This document shows positions 40,286 through 51,918 of a stretch of DNA of 64,000 nt, piece by piece. Position 1 is the stretch's first letter. The number at the start of each line of letters is the position of its first letter. The stretch comes from Nymphaea colorata (Eukaryota), in NCBI RefSeq assembly GCF_008831285.2, contig NC_045138.2, positions 32,550,001-32,614,000 on the forward strand. Reading direction: 5' to 3'. Below the pieces are notes generated by a model that did not search any database, was not told the origin of the DNA, and saw only the letters and a list, made by a program, of their open reading frames with translations. The translations under genes were made by a program, and so were the position numbers.

Positions 40286-43200
40286 GATGATGTTTCTACA
40301 TTGAACAGTCAAATGTTAAATATAATCACGTATTTAAAAAAAGGACATGATGTTGAGTTCAAATACATATATAAGCTTCAAAATCTAAAATATTCTTCTT
40401 ATCAACCACCCCCTTAATCATCTTTTTGGAATCTTGTATGTAAAGGTTCAGACTGGATTTATTTATTTACCGAACTACTTACTTTTGGAAGGTGTGGTAA
40501 TAGGCGTGTGTGTTTTGATTTGTATGGTGAAAAGTCCTTCATCTAACTTTATCGTCTCTTCTTAGGTACTTGATTTTTTGGGTGTTGAAATATTTTGGAA
40601 AGTCAATAATAGCTAAGTTGGTTGCATCTATTTCTTAGATCCTAGGGCGTGCATCTCCTGGAACTTATATGATGTTTTTTCATATACCTTTTTTTTAGTC
40701 ATGATGTGTGCAACTCACTTATTTCTTGTTGTCTGTAGCTAGAAATGGGTCTTTCAAATCCTTACAGTAGTTAACGGGCGATTGAACTTCGTGCATTGAC
40801 CAGGCTACTTTGGCATGGACAGCAGGTCATGTGTTGGCAACTAGCGGCCTGGATGGTTCATGGACTTCTTTCACGATCAATATGGAAAATTTTTTATTAG
40901 GAGGTATTGTTCTTTTGCCCAAACAGTTGAACAATCACTAGGATTGACGGTTTTTCTTATATATATTATGCATGATCTTTTTTGTGTTTAATACATATGA
41001 GAGCCTCATATATACATATGTGTGTGTGGGTGGGTGGATGGGTGTACATTTAATATGCATGCTTGTATACGTGAATATATGTAACTCTTTTACATTCTTT
41101 ATTTTTCTGTATCATTATATTTTCAGCTGAGTTGGAGCTAGTCCAGTGGGTGGTTCTGCTCATACTTCGTTGTTTTTTATTATTTTTGGATGTATATATA
41201 GACCATGATATCTTTTTGTAAATATTCTGTTTTTACAGCTTCTTCGGATTTCAATTACATTATTCTCATTCTCCATTTCCTTTGTGATTTGGCGTTTGTG
41301 CCCATCATTGTGAGATTGTTGTGGGTTTGTGTATGTTTTGTGCCCATCATTGTGAGATTGTTGTGGGTTTGTGTATGTGACTGTTATCAGTCTTCTTTTC
41401 ATGGTATTAGAGCCTGGGTTGTTTATGCTGTTGTGCATAGCTATTCAGCTAAGGCCTTACTTTCAGTTGTCTTTGTTTTTATTTTATGATTTTATCATTT
41501 ATGAATTATCATTTTTTTTTAAGACGAAAGATTTATGATGTTACGTCTATTTGGATCAGTCTATTTGCATTGGATTTTTCTGCCTATTTGTGTTGGATTT
41601 TTTAATTTATTGTGTCTTGGCATTTTGTTTTGTTGTTTTGGTTTTTTTTTTAGCTATGCATTCTGTCCCGTTGGAAACCCTGTCCGTTAGAAACGGAGCT
41701 ATGCATTCTGCCAGTTAGAAACTCTTTCGTTTTTGTTTTTGGATTTTATGTACCATGGAATAGTTAATGCGTTATGTGTATTTCTGATTTTTTTCTTTTT
41801 ATTTTTGTGGAATCCATGTTTTGTACATAGCTCTTCGGCTGAAGACTGATTTTTTAGTTCGATGTTTCGTTTGTTTAGAAGGGGTTAATATAGTATAACT
41901 CGATAACTTGATAATAGTTAGTATTTCATACTTTATGGACGTGAGATTCAATGTTTGGCGAATAAATTGTATGCTGTTGTGCATAACTATTCAGCTAACG
42001 CCTTATTTTCAGTTGTCTTTGTTTTGCTTTTTAAGATTTTATCATTTATGAATTATCATTTTTTTTAAGATGAAAGATTTATGATGTTACGTCTATTTGG
42101 ATTATATTTTTCAGTCTATTTGCATTGGTGTTGGATTTTTATATTTATTGCGCCTTGGATTTTTGTTGGTTGTTTTTTTTTTTAGCTATGTTTTCTATCC
42201 CGTCAAAAGCTCTCTCTGTTAGAAACTGACCTATGCATTCTGTCCGTTAGAAACTCTTTGGGTTATGTTTTTGGATTTTCTGTGCTGTGAAATAGATAAG
42301 GCGTTATGTGTATGTCTGATTTTTATTTTTGTTTAATTTCTCTGGAATCCATGTTTTGTTCATATCTTTTAGTTCGATGTTTCGTTTTTATAGAAGGGGT
42401 TTAATAAAGTATGACACTAATAATAGTTATTATTTCATACTTTATAGACATGAGACTCAATGTTTGGTGAATAAATATTATGCTGTTGTGCAGCGCTATT
42501 CAGCTGAGGCCTTATTTTCAGTTGTCTTTGTTTTACTTTTATGATTTTGTCATTTATGAAATATGACTTTTTTAAGATGAAAGATTTATGATGTTAAGTC
42601 TATTTGCATTCGATTTTTCAGTCTATTTGCTTTGTATTTTTCTATCTATTTGCATTGGATTTTTCAGTCTATTTATGTTGGGTTTTTTAGTTTATTGTGC
42701 CTAGCTTTTTTGTTGGTTGTTTTGTTTTTTCTTTAGCTATGCATTCTCTCCCATCAGAAACTCTGTCCGTTAGAAACTGAGTTATGCATTCTGTCCGTTA
42801 GAAACTCTTTGGTTTTTGTTTTTGGATTTTCTGTGCCATGGAATATTTAATACCTTACGTGTATTTCTGATTTTTTTTTTTAATTTATGTGGAATCCATG
42901 TTTTGTGCATAGCTCTTTGGCTGAAGACTGATTTTTTTGTTTGATGTTTTGTTTCCATAGAAGGGGTTAATTAGTATTACACTATAACTTAATAATAGTT
43001 TGTTTTTCAAATTTTATAACTTTTTTTAATTATATGTGTATTTCTGATTGTTTTTTTTATTTGTGTGGAATCCATGTTTTGTGCATTGCTCTCGGCTGAA
43101 GACTGATCTTTTAGTTTGGTGTTTTGTTTCTATGGAAGGGGTTAGCGGTTATTATAGTATGGCACTATAACTTGATGTTTGGTGAATAAATATTATGCTT

Positions 43201-43500
43201 TTGTGCATATCTATTCACCTAAGACGTTATTTTCAGTTTTTGTTTTGCTTTTATGATTTTATCATTTATGAATTATAATTTTTTTTAGATGAAAGATTTT
43301 TTATTTACGTCTATTTGCACTGGATTATTCAATCTATTTACATTGGATTTTTCAGTCTTTTTATATTGGATTTTTAAATTTTTTGTGCCATGGCTTTTTT
43401 GTTGGTTTTTTTTTTTTTTGGCTATGCATTCTGTCCCGTCAGAAGCTCTATTTGGTAGAGACTAAGCCATGCATTCTGTCCGTTAGAAACTCTTTGGTTT
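38985..43500. repeat. Segmental duplication of 5840-10760, including T-rich array units (~41423-43500)
   Basis: Near-identical and colinear. It has only one (TA)n/355-bp unit and a private 42-bp tandem duplication at 41295-41378. Confidence 0.92.
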
Positions 43501-44884
43501 CTGTGCAATCATATTATGAGAAACACCCGCAGGAAATCCCATGTTCGACATGAATTCCTCCAAGCGCTTTGCATTTGTCAAGTAGAGGTAACTTATCAAG
43601 TTTCTACAAACTTAGATAATTGTAATTTCAATGCTAAAGTAAATTGAACAATTGAAATAGGAAATAACGTGGACTGCAGCTTTCGAACAATGAAGGCAAT
43701 TACAATGACAAACTATCCCCTGTTAGGAAGTCAAGAGTGCAAGTGCCTTCAGTGCGGAAATCAAAATGTCAAGTCGATTTTTCATAAACAGTTTATTAAA
43801 CAGATAAATTTGTTTAAGATAAATTTGTTTAAGCATCAAAGATGTAAGTGTTAAATCACAAGACGGAGGGGAGGAGAGAAAGAGCTGAGAGTTAGCCTGG
43901 CACCTTAGGTGCACACCTAGTGTGTCTCTGCCAGGGTTGTGGTGCACGCTTCACGGACTGGGTGTGTTCTCCAAATAACACCGGCTGTACTTTCAGCCGG
44001 CTTGCATGATTAGTTTTAATGACATATACCGGTGGCCGATGTCACCGTTATAAGTCTACAGCGGTGAAGGCTTCCAACGGCGACAAGCAACACCGGTAAA
44101 AGCCTGATTTAGCGGGGAAACATATCATCGCTATAAGTAGGTATAGCGTCGAAGAAATGCACCGGTATAGATAAATACCGGTAGTCTTTGTCGCTGCTAT
44201 TGAGCTATAACGGTGGTTTTTTGCCAAGCATGTCTTCCGTTCTTGTTGTTTAAGAAGAACTAGCTTGAATTAGAAGTGCTTCGTTTGGCTTTTTTTGTAG
44301 ACATAATTCAAGCAGTTAAATACAAGATTTCCATACCTTCAAATATGCCTGTTACCGTTCAAATTTGATGTAAGTTCTAGTAATTATATTTTTTCACATT
44401 CAGGAGACATGACGCGTTGATATGTTAGTATTGTTTATAAATAAGTCGTCCTGTTTTGGTTTTCTTAACTTGTTTGATCTGTAAAATTGAATATAGTGTG
44501 TTGGTCAGTCGCTGCCTTTCTCAGCTTCCAATATTTGACTTAGGAAACCAATTACTTGACCTTAATTCTCATTGTTTTACATTGAAATCATGTGATTGCA
44601 ACAAAGGCAAGAGAAACAGAAAGCATACTTGGTAAGACAGTGTGCTGGTGATATCTTAGAATGACTGCAGAAAACTGCTGCTGCAGGGAACCTTCTTTAT
44701 CCGTTTCACAAACCAGCTGAAACCAAATGCATCTAATCAAGCAGTCAACGTGTGCCCCTATCATGCTGCCATCAAAATAAACAAAACAACAAATGATGGG
44801 TTGTTGTTTTAAATAGTTATACAGAAGATTGTTGGGGGCTGCGAGGAAGTGTGGAGGGGGGAAAGAGAGACGAGAGAGATATAC

Positions 44885-44950
44885 CTTGTAGAATTGGTCA
44901 GCGAGGGAAGCGGCCTTGTTGGCAACGGCGAGCTCCTTCTCGTACGCCAT
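44885..44950 (-). pseudogene. SAL1: Orphan first exon of a SAL1/FIERY1-like 3'(2'),5'-bisphosphate nucleotidase
   Basis: MAYEKELAVANKAASLADQFYK|GT resembles SAL1 MAYEKELDAAKKAASLAARLCQ. An in-frame upstream R/S/K-rich stretch looks like a transit peptide. No recognisable SAL1 exon 2. Confidence 0.7.
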
Positions 44951-45139
44951 GGGAAAAACGGAGGCCCTGCTCCTGGTCCTGAGCTTCTGCTTTTTTTGAG
45001 AGAAGTCAAAATTTAGGGTTCCAGAAGCGATGGACAGACCGGCTTAGGTGATGGTGGCAGCGCCGGCGAAGAAAGACGAAGGGTCGGACAACGAGGCCTT
45101 CTTCGCGACTGCGCCGAGACGGTGAAGAGTGACGCGAAG

Positions 45140-45248
45140 CCCTGACGGACGGGTACCCTTTTTCATCCCCGGAAAATTGTCGGGCCCCTGTGCGTGTGGG
45201 TTGGAAAAGTTTTTCGGGGTTCGAGGACTTATCTGGAAAATTTTTCTC
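45140..45248 (-). mobile_element. Possible solo Mutator-like (MULE) TIR
   Basis: Minus strand begins GAGAAAAATTTTCCAGATAAGTCCTCGAACCCC, in the style of a MULE terminus. No partner TIR found. Confidence 0.35.
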
Positions 45249-45404
45249 TAGAATCAGCTTTTTGCCATAATTTTGTGGCTATTTGAACCACATCAGGTGA
45301 ATTCATGATGAAACAATGTCCTGGGTCATTTCTCCAACAGATATTTCAGAAACATCAAAATCAATAACGATCCTCTGAACCCTCAATTCTTGTATTCTTG
45401 ACTA

Positions 45405-47125
45405 TTATCTGGCTTCCACCATTGAAATTGGGGTTGCCGTTGGTTCACTTTCCATAGGAGATGAACCCAATTCCCGATGTCTACCTTTGTAAGAAAAGGC
45501 TGGCTGCTTAGGTACAAGCAGAGTTGCAGAGAAACTACTGCTTAGCACAAGGACAATGGAGGACACATGATGCACCTCATCACCTGATATAACTGGCATC
45601 GTTTTCCTAATAATGGATCAAGGAAATCCGATCCCTTGCCCTCATTCCATAGCTTTCATGCCTGTATAGTACAACTCACGTATATCAAAATCAATCACCG
45701 GATAAAAGTTTGATGCATAAACTATCAATGGTCAGAAAATCATAAAAGCATCTTACTTTTTTGTGTGTATATATATTTATATATATGTATAACTTTTCCA
45801 GCCAAATACCTCTATCACATCCTAAATCAAGCTTTTACTACAGGAGAGGGACATACTAGCCGAAAAATCTAGATCATGAATTTCAAATTTTTTAGTAGGT
45901 ATCTATGCATGTATTTTGCAAGGTAAAAGGGAGTTGCTACCATGTATGATTTCAACTCATTGATACAGGTTTATAAATAGATCCTCAAAGCTTTTTCTCC
46001 TGCATTTGTTGGGTCTATATTAGCGAACAGTTTATGTGCTTTTACACTGCATAGTAGACCATTATGCCTATTCGCGACTTAGTAAACAGGGAGAGAGAGG
46101 AAAAGGGGTGCACATACTTACATGTCCTAATAGATTCATGGAGTCCTCTACTTCCTGGAAACCTGTCATCTTCTTCCCACTCACAATCTCGAGAATTATG
46201 ACTCCAAAGCTGAAGACATCAGATTTGGCAGAGTAGCGCCCTTCCAATGCATATTCTGGTGGCATGTACCCACTGCACACATTTTAATCAACGATTTTAG
46301 AGTCATACATCAGGCTGGGGGAGTGTTGGGAGACACAGCAGAACCCATCTCATAACATTGAGCAAGAGCACTTACTAGGTTCCTACAACTCTGACAGTAT
46401 TTGGTTGAGTTTGATCACCACCAAGCATATACACGTTTACACGTGGACAGTAGATCGGAAATGTTTCCTGCAGCTTGTGAAAATTGGGAACTTGCTTTGA
46501 TAAGATTGAACTATATAATATAGATGGACAAGCATAATTGAGTTCACGTCAATCGGCCGAACGGTGGTTTCGTGAAGAACAGTATTCATATTTCTTGATG
46601 TTCTTGCCGTGGAACTAATTGTGGAAATGCAATCTCTTGCGAAAAGCCCCTAAAGCTTAATATTAATCCATGTTACAGATAAAACTTCAATAAGCGCAAA
46701 AGCGCTTTTCTAATTCATTTGCATCTATGTATTTTGCGTTCCTGATATTTGTTCTTCGGCATTCCATGATGGAAAGCCCATCTTTGCGGCAAAACTGCAG
46801 TTCAATCAAATTTGACTGTTCCAGTTAACAATTTTAGAGAGTATAATCTCAAGATTGGATGTTTCCCTGATTAAGGAAAAAAACTGAGGTTTAAGTGCTG
46901 AAGCTTTGCTGTCAACTTCACTTCGTTCATGAATTCCTCGAGCCCCTGCGCTGATTCCACTGTCATATCATTAGTTTGCGACATTAGGTATTACTTGAAA
47001 TAAATCATTGCTGAGAGAGAGAGAGAGATAGAGAATTATGGAGCTGCAAAAGTAACAGAACCCCTGTCCAAGCTTGTTTGATTCTGAGAATTTGTTGGTT
47101 GCTACCATGAGCTGCCAACTCAGTG
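45405..47125 (-). pseudogene. S-domain receptor kinase pseudogene, kinase exons with deletions
   Basis: ~47060-47125 VATNKFSESNKLGQG; ~46890-46960 QGLEEFMNEVKLTAKLQH; ~46377-46425 [15 protein letters not shown] remnant; intact 151-nt exon 46122-46272 [34 protein letters not shown]; last exon 45405-45661 A*KLWNEG..PKQPAF..ISMVEAR* with a TGG>TGA stop and an internal deletion. Confidence 0.92.
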
Positions 47126-47899
47126 AATATATCAGCCGATTTACGGATTCAACTAAATTAATTGTGAAGCATTAAATAAAATCGAAGAATTTCATTTTGC
47201 AAAAAAAAAAAATGAAATACACTGCTTATAATTTTCTTGTTTGATGCATTAGAAATATAGATTTGGAAATAAGTTTTTAAAAACTTATTTAATGAATTGA
47301 AGAAATCTAAACAAAATCCAGATTTACAAAACCCCCTTCGTGTTTGCTGGACTTGGGTTTATGTTCCAAAAAATAAATTTCTCAATCTTAAAGAGGGAGC
47401 ATCATAAGTAGGCAAATGAAGACAAACGAAACTGGCATATGCAGAAAAGAAATCACAATCTTATGATATAATTTTTTTTTTTGGAAATTTTTTGCATTTT
47501 TCTCACTACGAAACAAGTTCTTGGCCGCTGAAGTAAACTATCATGACAGATAGGGAAGGAGGTTCAAATCAATGGAGCCAACATATTCTCATCAAATATT
47601 CCCTCCCTAAGGTTGCTATCAAAAAAATAAAAATATATATAAATATATTTATATAAACCATTGCTAGGATGCTTAAATAGATCATATATCAGATCTACCC
47701 ATTTTACCAGATTCGATTTATCGGATGTTCATGTGTTTTAGTTGTTTTTTTTTTTAATGAATAAAAAAAACTATCCTGTTTTTGAATCTGAAATTTAAAA
47801 TTCGACTATGATCTAAATCCGACTTTTAAGTTTACAAATGAATTTTTGAATTATGGACTTTTATAAAATGTATGGATGTTAAATATAAGAAAATTTAAC

Positions 47900-50800
47900 T
47901 TGGTATATTGATGGTTGTTTAAAACCAAATTTGGATTTGCCTGTACATCATTCTCAAAAATCTACGTTTGGGTTAATTTTTTAATCAGATGTTAACTTTT
48001 TTATATTAGCCGATTTAGGGATTCAGCTAAATTAATTGTCAAGCATTAAATAAAATAAATAATTTCATTTTGCAATAAAAAAAAGAAATACACTGCTTAT
48101 AATTTTCTTTTTCTTTTAGAGGCCGTTTGATGCATTAGAAATATAGAGTTGGAAATAAGTTTTTAAAAACTTATTTAAGGAATTAAAGAAATCTAAACAA
48201 AATCTAGATTTCCAAGACCCCCTTTGTGTTTGTTGGACTTGAGTTTATGTTTCAGGAAATAAATTTCTTAGTTTGATAGGAATAAAAGATGAAAAAAGAG
48301 AATCGTTGGATTAATTAATACTTTGAGAGCTCAACGGTTAAAAAATTTAGATTTTATTTCCAATGCTACATGAAATATCCTTCCCATCAAATGGGCCCTT
48401 AAAGATAGTGTTTCCCACTTACGATGCCAAGGAGGACAACGATCTTGTTATCCTTTCATGCGGTCTTCTTCACTCTAAGGCAATAACCCAGTTGGTCTTG
48501 GAATGGTCCGCGCTGAACCAACTCTTGGCTTCAAATAGCGCAGCCTGTTCAATGGCTTGGCCATTTGGCCAATCCAAATGAAGTTGGTTTTGATTCAATT
48601 TGCCTCATGCTCCTGCCACCTGGGCCCGACTTGATTTTAATAAAAGATCATAAAATACAAAAATTTGATATGTAAGTTATTTTTAACTAAAACTATAATA
48701 AAAATACTTATATATAAATTAGGCGGTCAGTTTTTGTTTTAATAATTGATGTGTCAATTTTCTTGTGCTACAAACAAAGGCACACACTAACAGTAAAGTT
48801 GAAGTGTCATAGTAACAACATTCGAGACACCAAAGTATGTCACTTAAGAGATTAGGTCGGAGCATGAGCTCTCATCTATGTATGATGAAATAATTATCTT
48901 GTAAAATAAATAATAACACAAACAAATAAATGCCGGAGACATGGTTAGGTTTCTATATATATGACATACATAGATATACGTTCTGGTCACATTCCAAGCT
49001 TCACTTTCACAAGAAGGATAATAAAGCCTAACTTGCCCACTATTTTGTGCAACTACATAACAAAACTATTCGATGTGATGTGAATAAACCAAAGTTTTCT
49101 TATAATAACTCTAATTATTTCACATAAATGTAGCAAAATTATGATAAATTGACAAATTTAACGGTCACCAATACAAGTAAAACCATGGCAGTGCAGATCT
49201 TACGAAGAGGGTAACATTTTACTTTACTCATGTAGCGACGTTATGGATTGAATACGATATACTATTAACCATATATGTTTTTTCTTCGTTTTGCATCGAC
49301 GGGTTTCACTGCCCACCGGTGAACCGGAGGGCGTGGCGTGCGCGTCGGGGTCTCGCCAGATGTAGAGGGTTTAAAGTGGATTTGCGATGGGGCCAGCTCC
49401 TTCCGTATTAGGTAGCCGGAAAGCATCCCAAAGAGCGTGCGCCATCTCTCCTTCCCGTTTTCTTCTTGATTTATGGCGGTTTCTCGTTCTTCATATTATG
49501 GCGCCTAAAAGGGAAAAGCCGTCTGCGTCGTCGATTACAGAAAGAAATGTCACCCACGAAGCAGGGCAATGCTTCTACGTCCGGCGATGAGAAGATGGTG
49601 TGGCGGCATTTCATCGGTGTGGGCGGAAAAGGACCGTCCGCTATCTCGGTTCTCACTCATGGCAGGCAAGATACACTCACTCCCTGCTATTGTTTGCTGG
49701 GCTTGATACATCTCTATCTCTCTCACTTTTGAGGGCGTCCGTTCGCGTCCTCCTTTGGCCGGCAGCCATCGCCGGTGTGTGATGATTGTTCGAAGCCCTC
49801 TCCACCCTTCAATTGTCTTTGTTTGTTGTTTCCTATTGGGGTTTCTCTATAGTCCGTGGGGTTTATCATTTCAGGCTGGGGTCCTTCATTTAGGCACTGG
49901 GCTGGGTCTTTCTTTGAGGTTTTGGTTGGGTTCTTCCGTTGAGGTTGTTGCTGGTTTTTAACATTTGGTTCGCCATTGGGTCGGATGCTTTGGTCACCAC
50001 TTGGGTCGCCGCTTTCGCTTTTGGTTAGTCCACCGCTTGGGTCCCTGCTGGTTCGGTTGTGGGTCACCGCTTAGGTCGTTGCTGTCGTTCTTACTGGGTC
50101 TACCGCCTTCCGTCGTCCCTTAGGTTGCTGTTGGGTCTGCCACTTGTGTCACTCTTGACATCTGTCGCTTGGGCATGCCGTTTTGTTGATCTTGCTGCTG
50201 AGTCGCGACAACCGCTTCAGATTGCTGCTAGATCGCCATTATCGTCTTTGGGTTTGTTGCTGGGCCGTCACTGTCGAGATGACTGCTGGGTGCTATGATT
50301 ATTGTTGTGCATTCATCGCATCTAGCGTGCGGCTATTCAAATTCCAACCAGCCCGTCCACAGAGATTGGGTGTTTTGTCAGGTGTTGCGGTTGGGTCTCT
50401 TCTGGTAATGATTTGGCTGCTGGGTTCTTCCTGTTTCCTTCTTGAATGACAATGCCTTTTATCTATGTGTTTGCAATATCAGCTTTGAACATTAAATTTC
50501 TCATGGATGGGGAAGGTGGGCATTCAAGCTGTTGGGCATTCTGCAACATGCCTGATACTCACGATTTACTGCCTCATTTCTGTTTGGTTTGTTGGTGGTC
50601 TCACTGCATAATAGTGCCAACCAGGTCAGCGTGTTTTTATCCTAAAGTGCTACGTTCTATCTTCTGCATGTAGTTTCTTTTCTATACGATTATATGCTAT
50701 ATTTCTATTTGTTGTTTGAATCTAGTCTGGGCATATTGCTTTTTCGTTTAGAATACTTGATGCATTTGACTTCAGCTTATAGTCACAATGTAATATGTTG

Positions 50801-51797
50801 CTTCCTGTGTTACTCTGGGCATAGATGTAGGTGTCTCTTACTGTTGGACACGTACATCTCATGTTTAGTAAGTCTTGAATAAAGTGGATATTTGGGTGGA
50901 GAAGTTATGCAGAAAATTAGTAAAACTTGTTTCATAAAGGTGAAAAGAAGCTGATGAAATTTGCATGGTGTTCAAACTACATGCTGTAAAACATATTTGG
51001 AAATTGAGTCACAAAAGGGAGGTTAAGCCATTTTGTGAAACTAAGTTGCTAAAGCCGATGGAATACTATTTTATCTTGGAATATCCCTGACGGTTCAAAT
51101 AAAACCATGAAGGGATTGCCCTCAAACACCTGCAGTGGTTGCACTGACACTCTGACAGTACATCTTGCATGTGCAGTTTGTGTTTTTCTCTGTAAGCTAA
51201 TGGATACAAATTGGTTGATTCATATCCTTCAAGGCTTTTAGACTCATTCTTAGAAATCTTTAATGTATATTCAACTTCTGTTCAGAATTGTGCATTTTTT
51301 ATTCTTATTGACACCCATTGCATTAATATATTGGAGGAATGGTATGTTGTCATTGTTGTTTATACTTTATGGCACTGACTTTATCATGAGATATTGTCAA
51401 CATGGACGAAACAAGTGTTCGCTTATCATTTATCAGCTAAAATTAATGCTTATGATACTGGTTATCTTTCCTGAGTAAAAGGAATAATCATATATTCATT
51501 TCTTATATTGTCAATTTTGTTCATAATCACTCATGACCTAAGGTTTTCAAGACTTGGGTTCCCAATTTCTTGGTAGTTTGGTTTTTCTGAAGGCTATATG
51601 CATGCTCTCTCTGTAGCTGCTTGCTATCTCTAATCTTAGAACTTGATTTTAGATATTTAGTTATAGAATTTAATTTGTCGTTGCATGAGGAAGACTGTGT
51701 GAAGCATGGCCTCTTTTATGGTTTTCTGAATTTTTGATATTTAGTTATAGAATTTAATTTGTCGTTGCATTAGGAAGACTGTGTGAAGCCTGGCCTC
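47900..51797. repeat. Segmental duplication of 22420-26525
   Basis: Colinear, near-identical. 47130-47385 is an additional local partial copy of ~48005-48270. Confidence 0.93.
48119..48398. mobile_element. Tourist-type MITE (duplicate of 22637-22915)
   Basis: Same TIRs and TTA TSD. Confidence 0.75.
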
Positions 51798-51802
51798 CTT
51801 TA

Positions 51803-51918
51803 GGCCACGTTTGATGGCCTGGATTTTTTTGGGGGGGAATTTTTTCAAGGGTAAATTCTCCACGGTAAACTGACAGAAAGGAAAATTTCCCTTTTTCTTG
51901 TTTCAGGCCATGTTTGAT
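51803..51918. mobile_element. Tourist-like MITE fragment
   Basis: TTA followed by GGCCACGTTTGATG, and a second GGCCATGTTTGATG at ~51905. Absent from the paralogous region. Confidence 0.5.
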
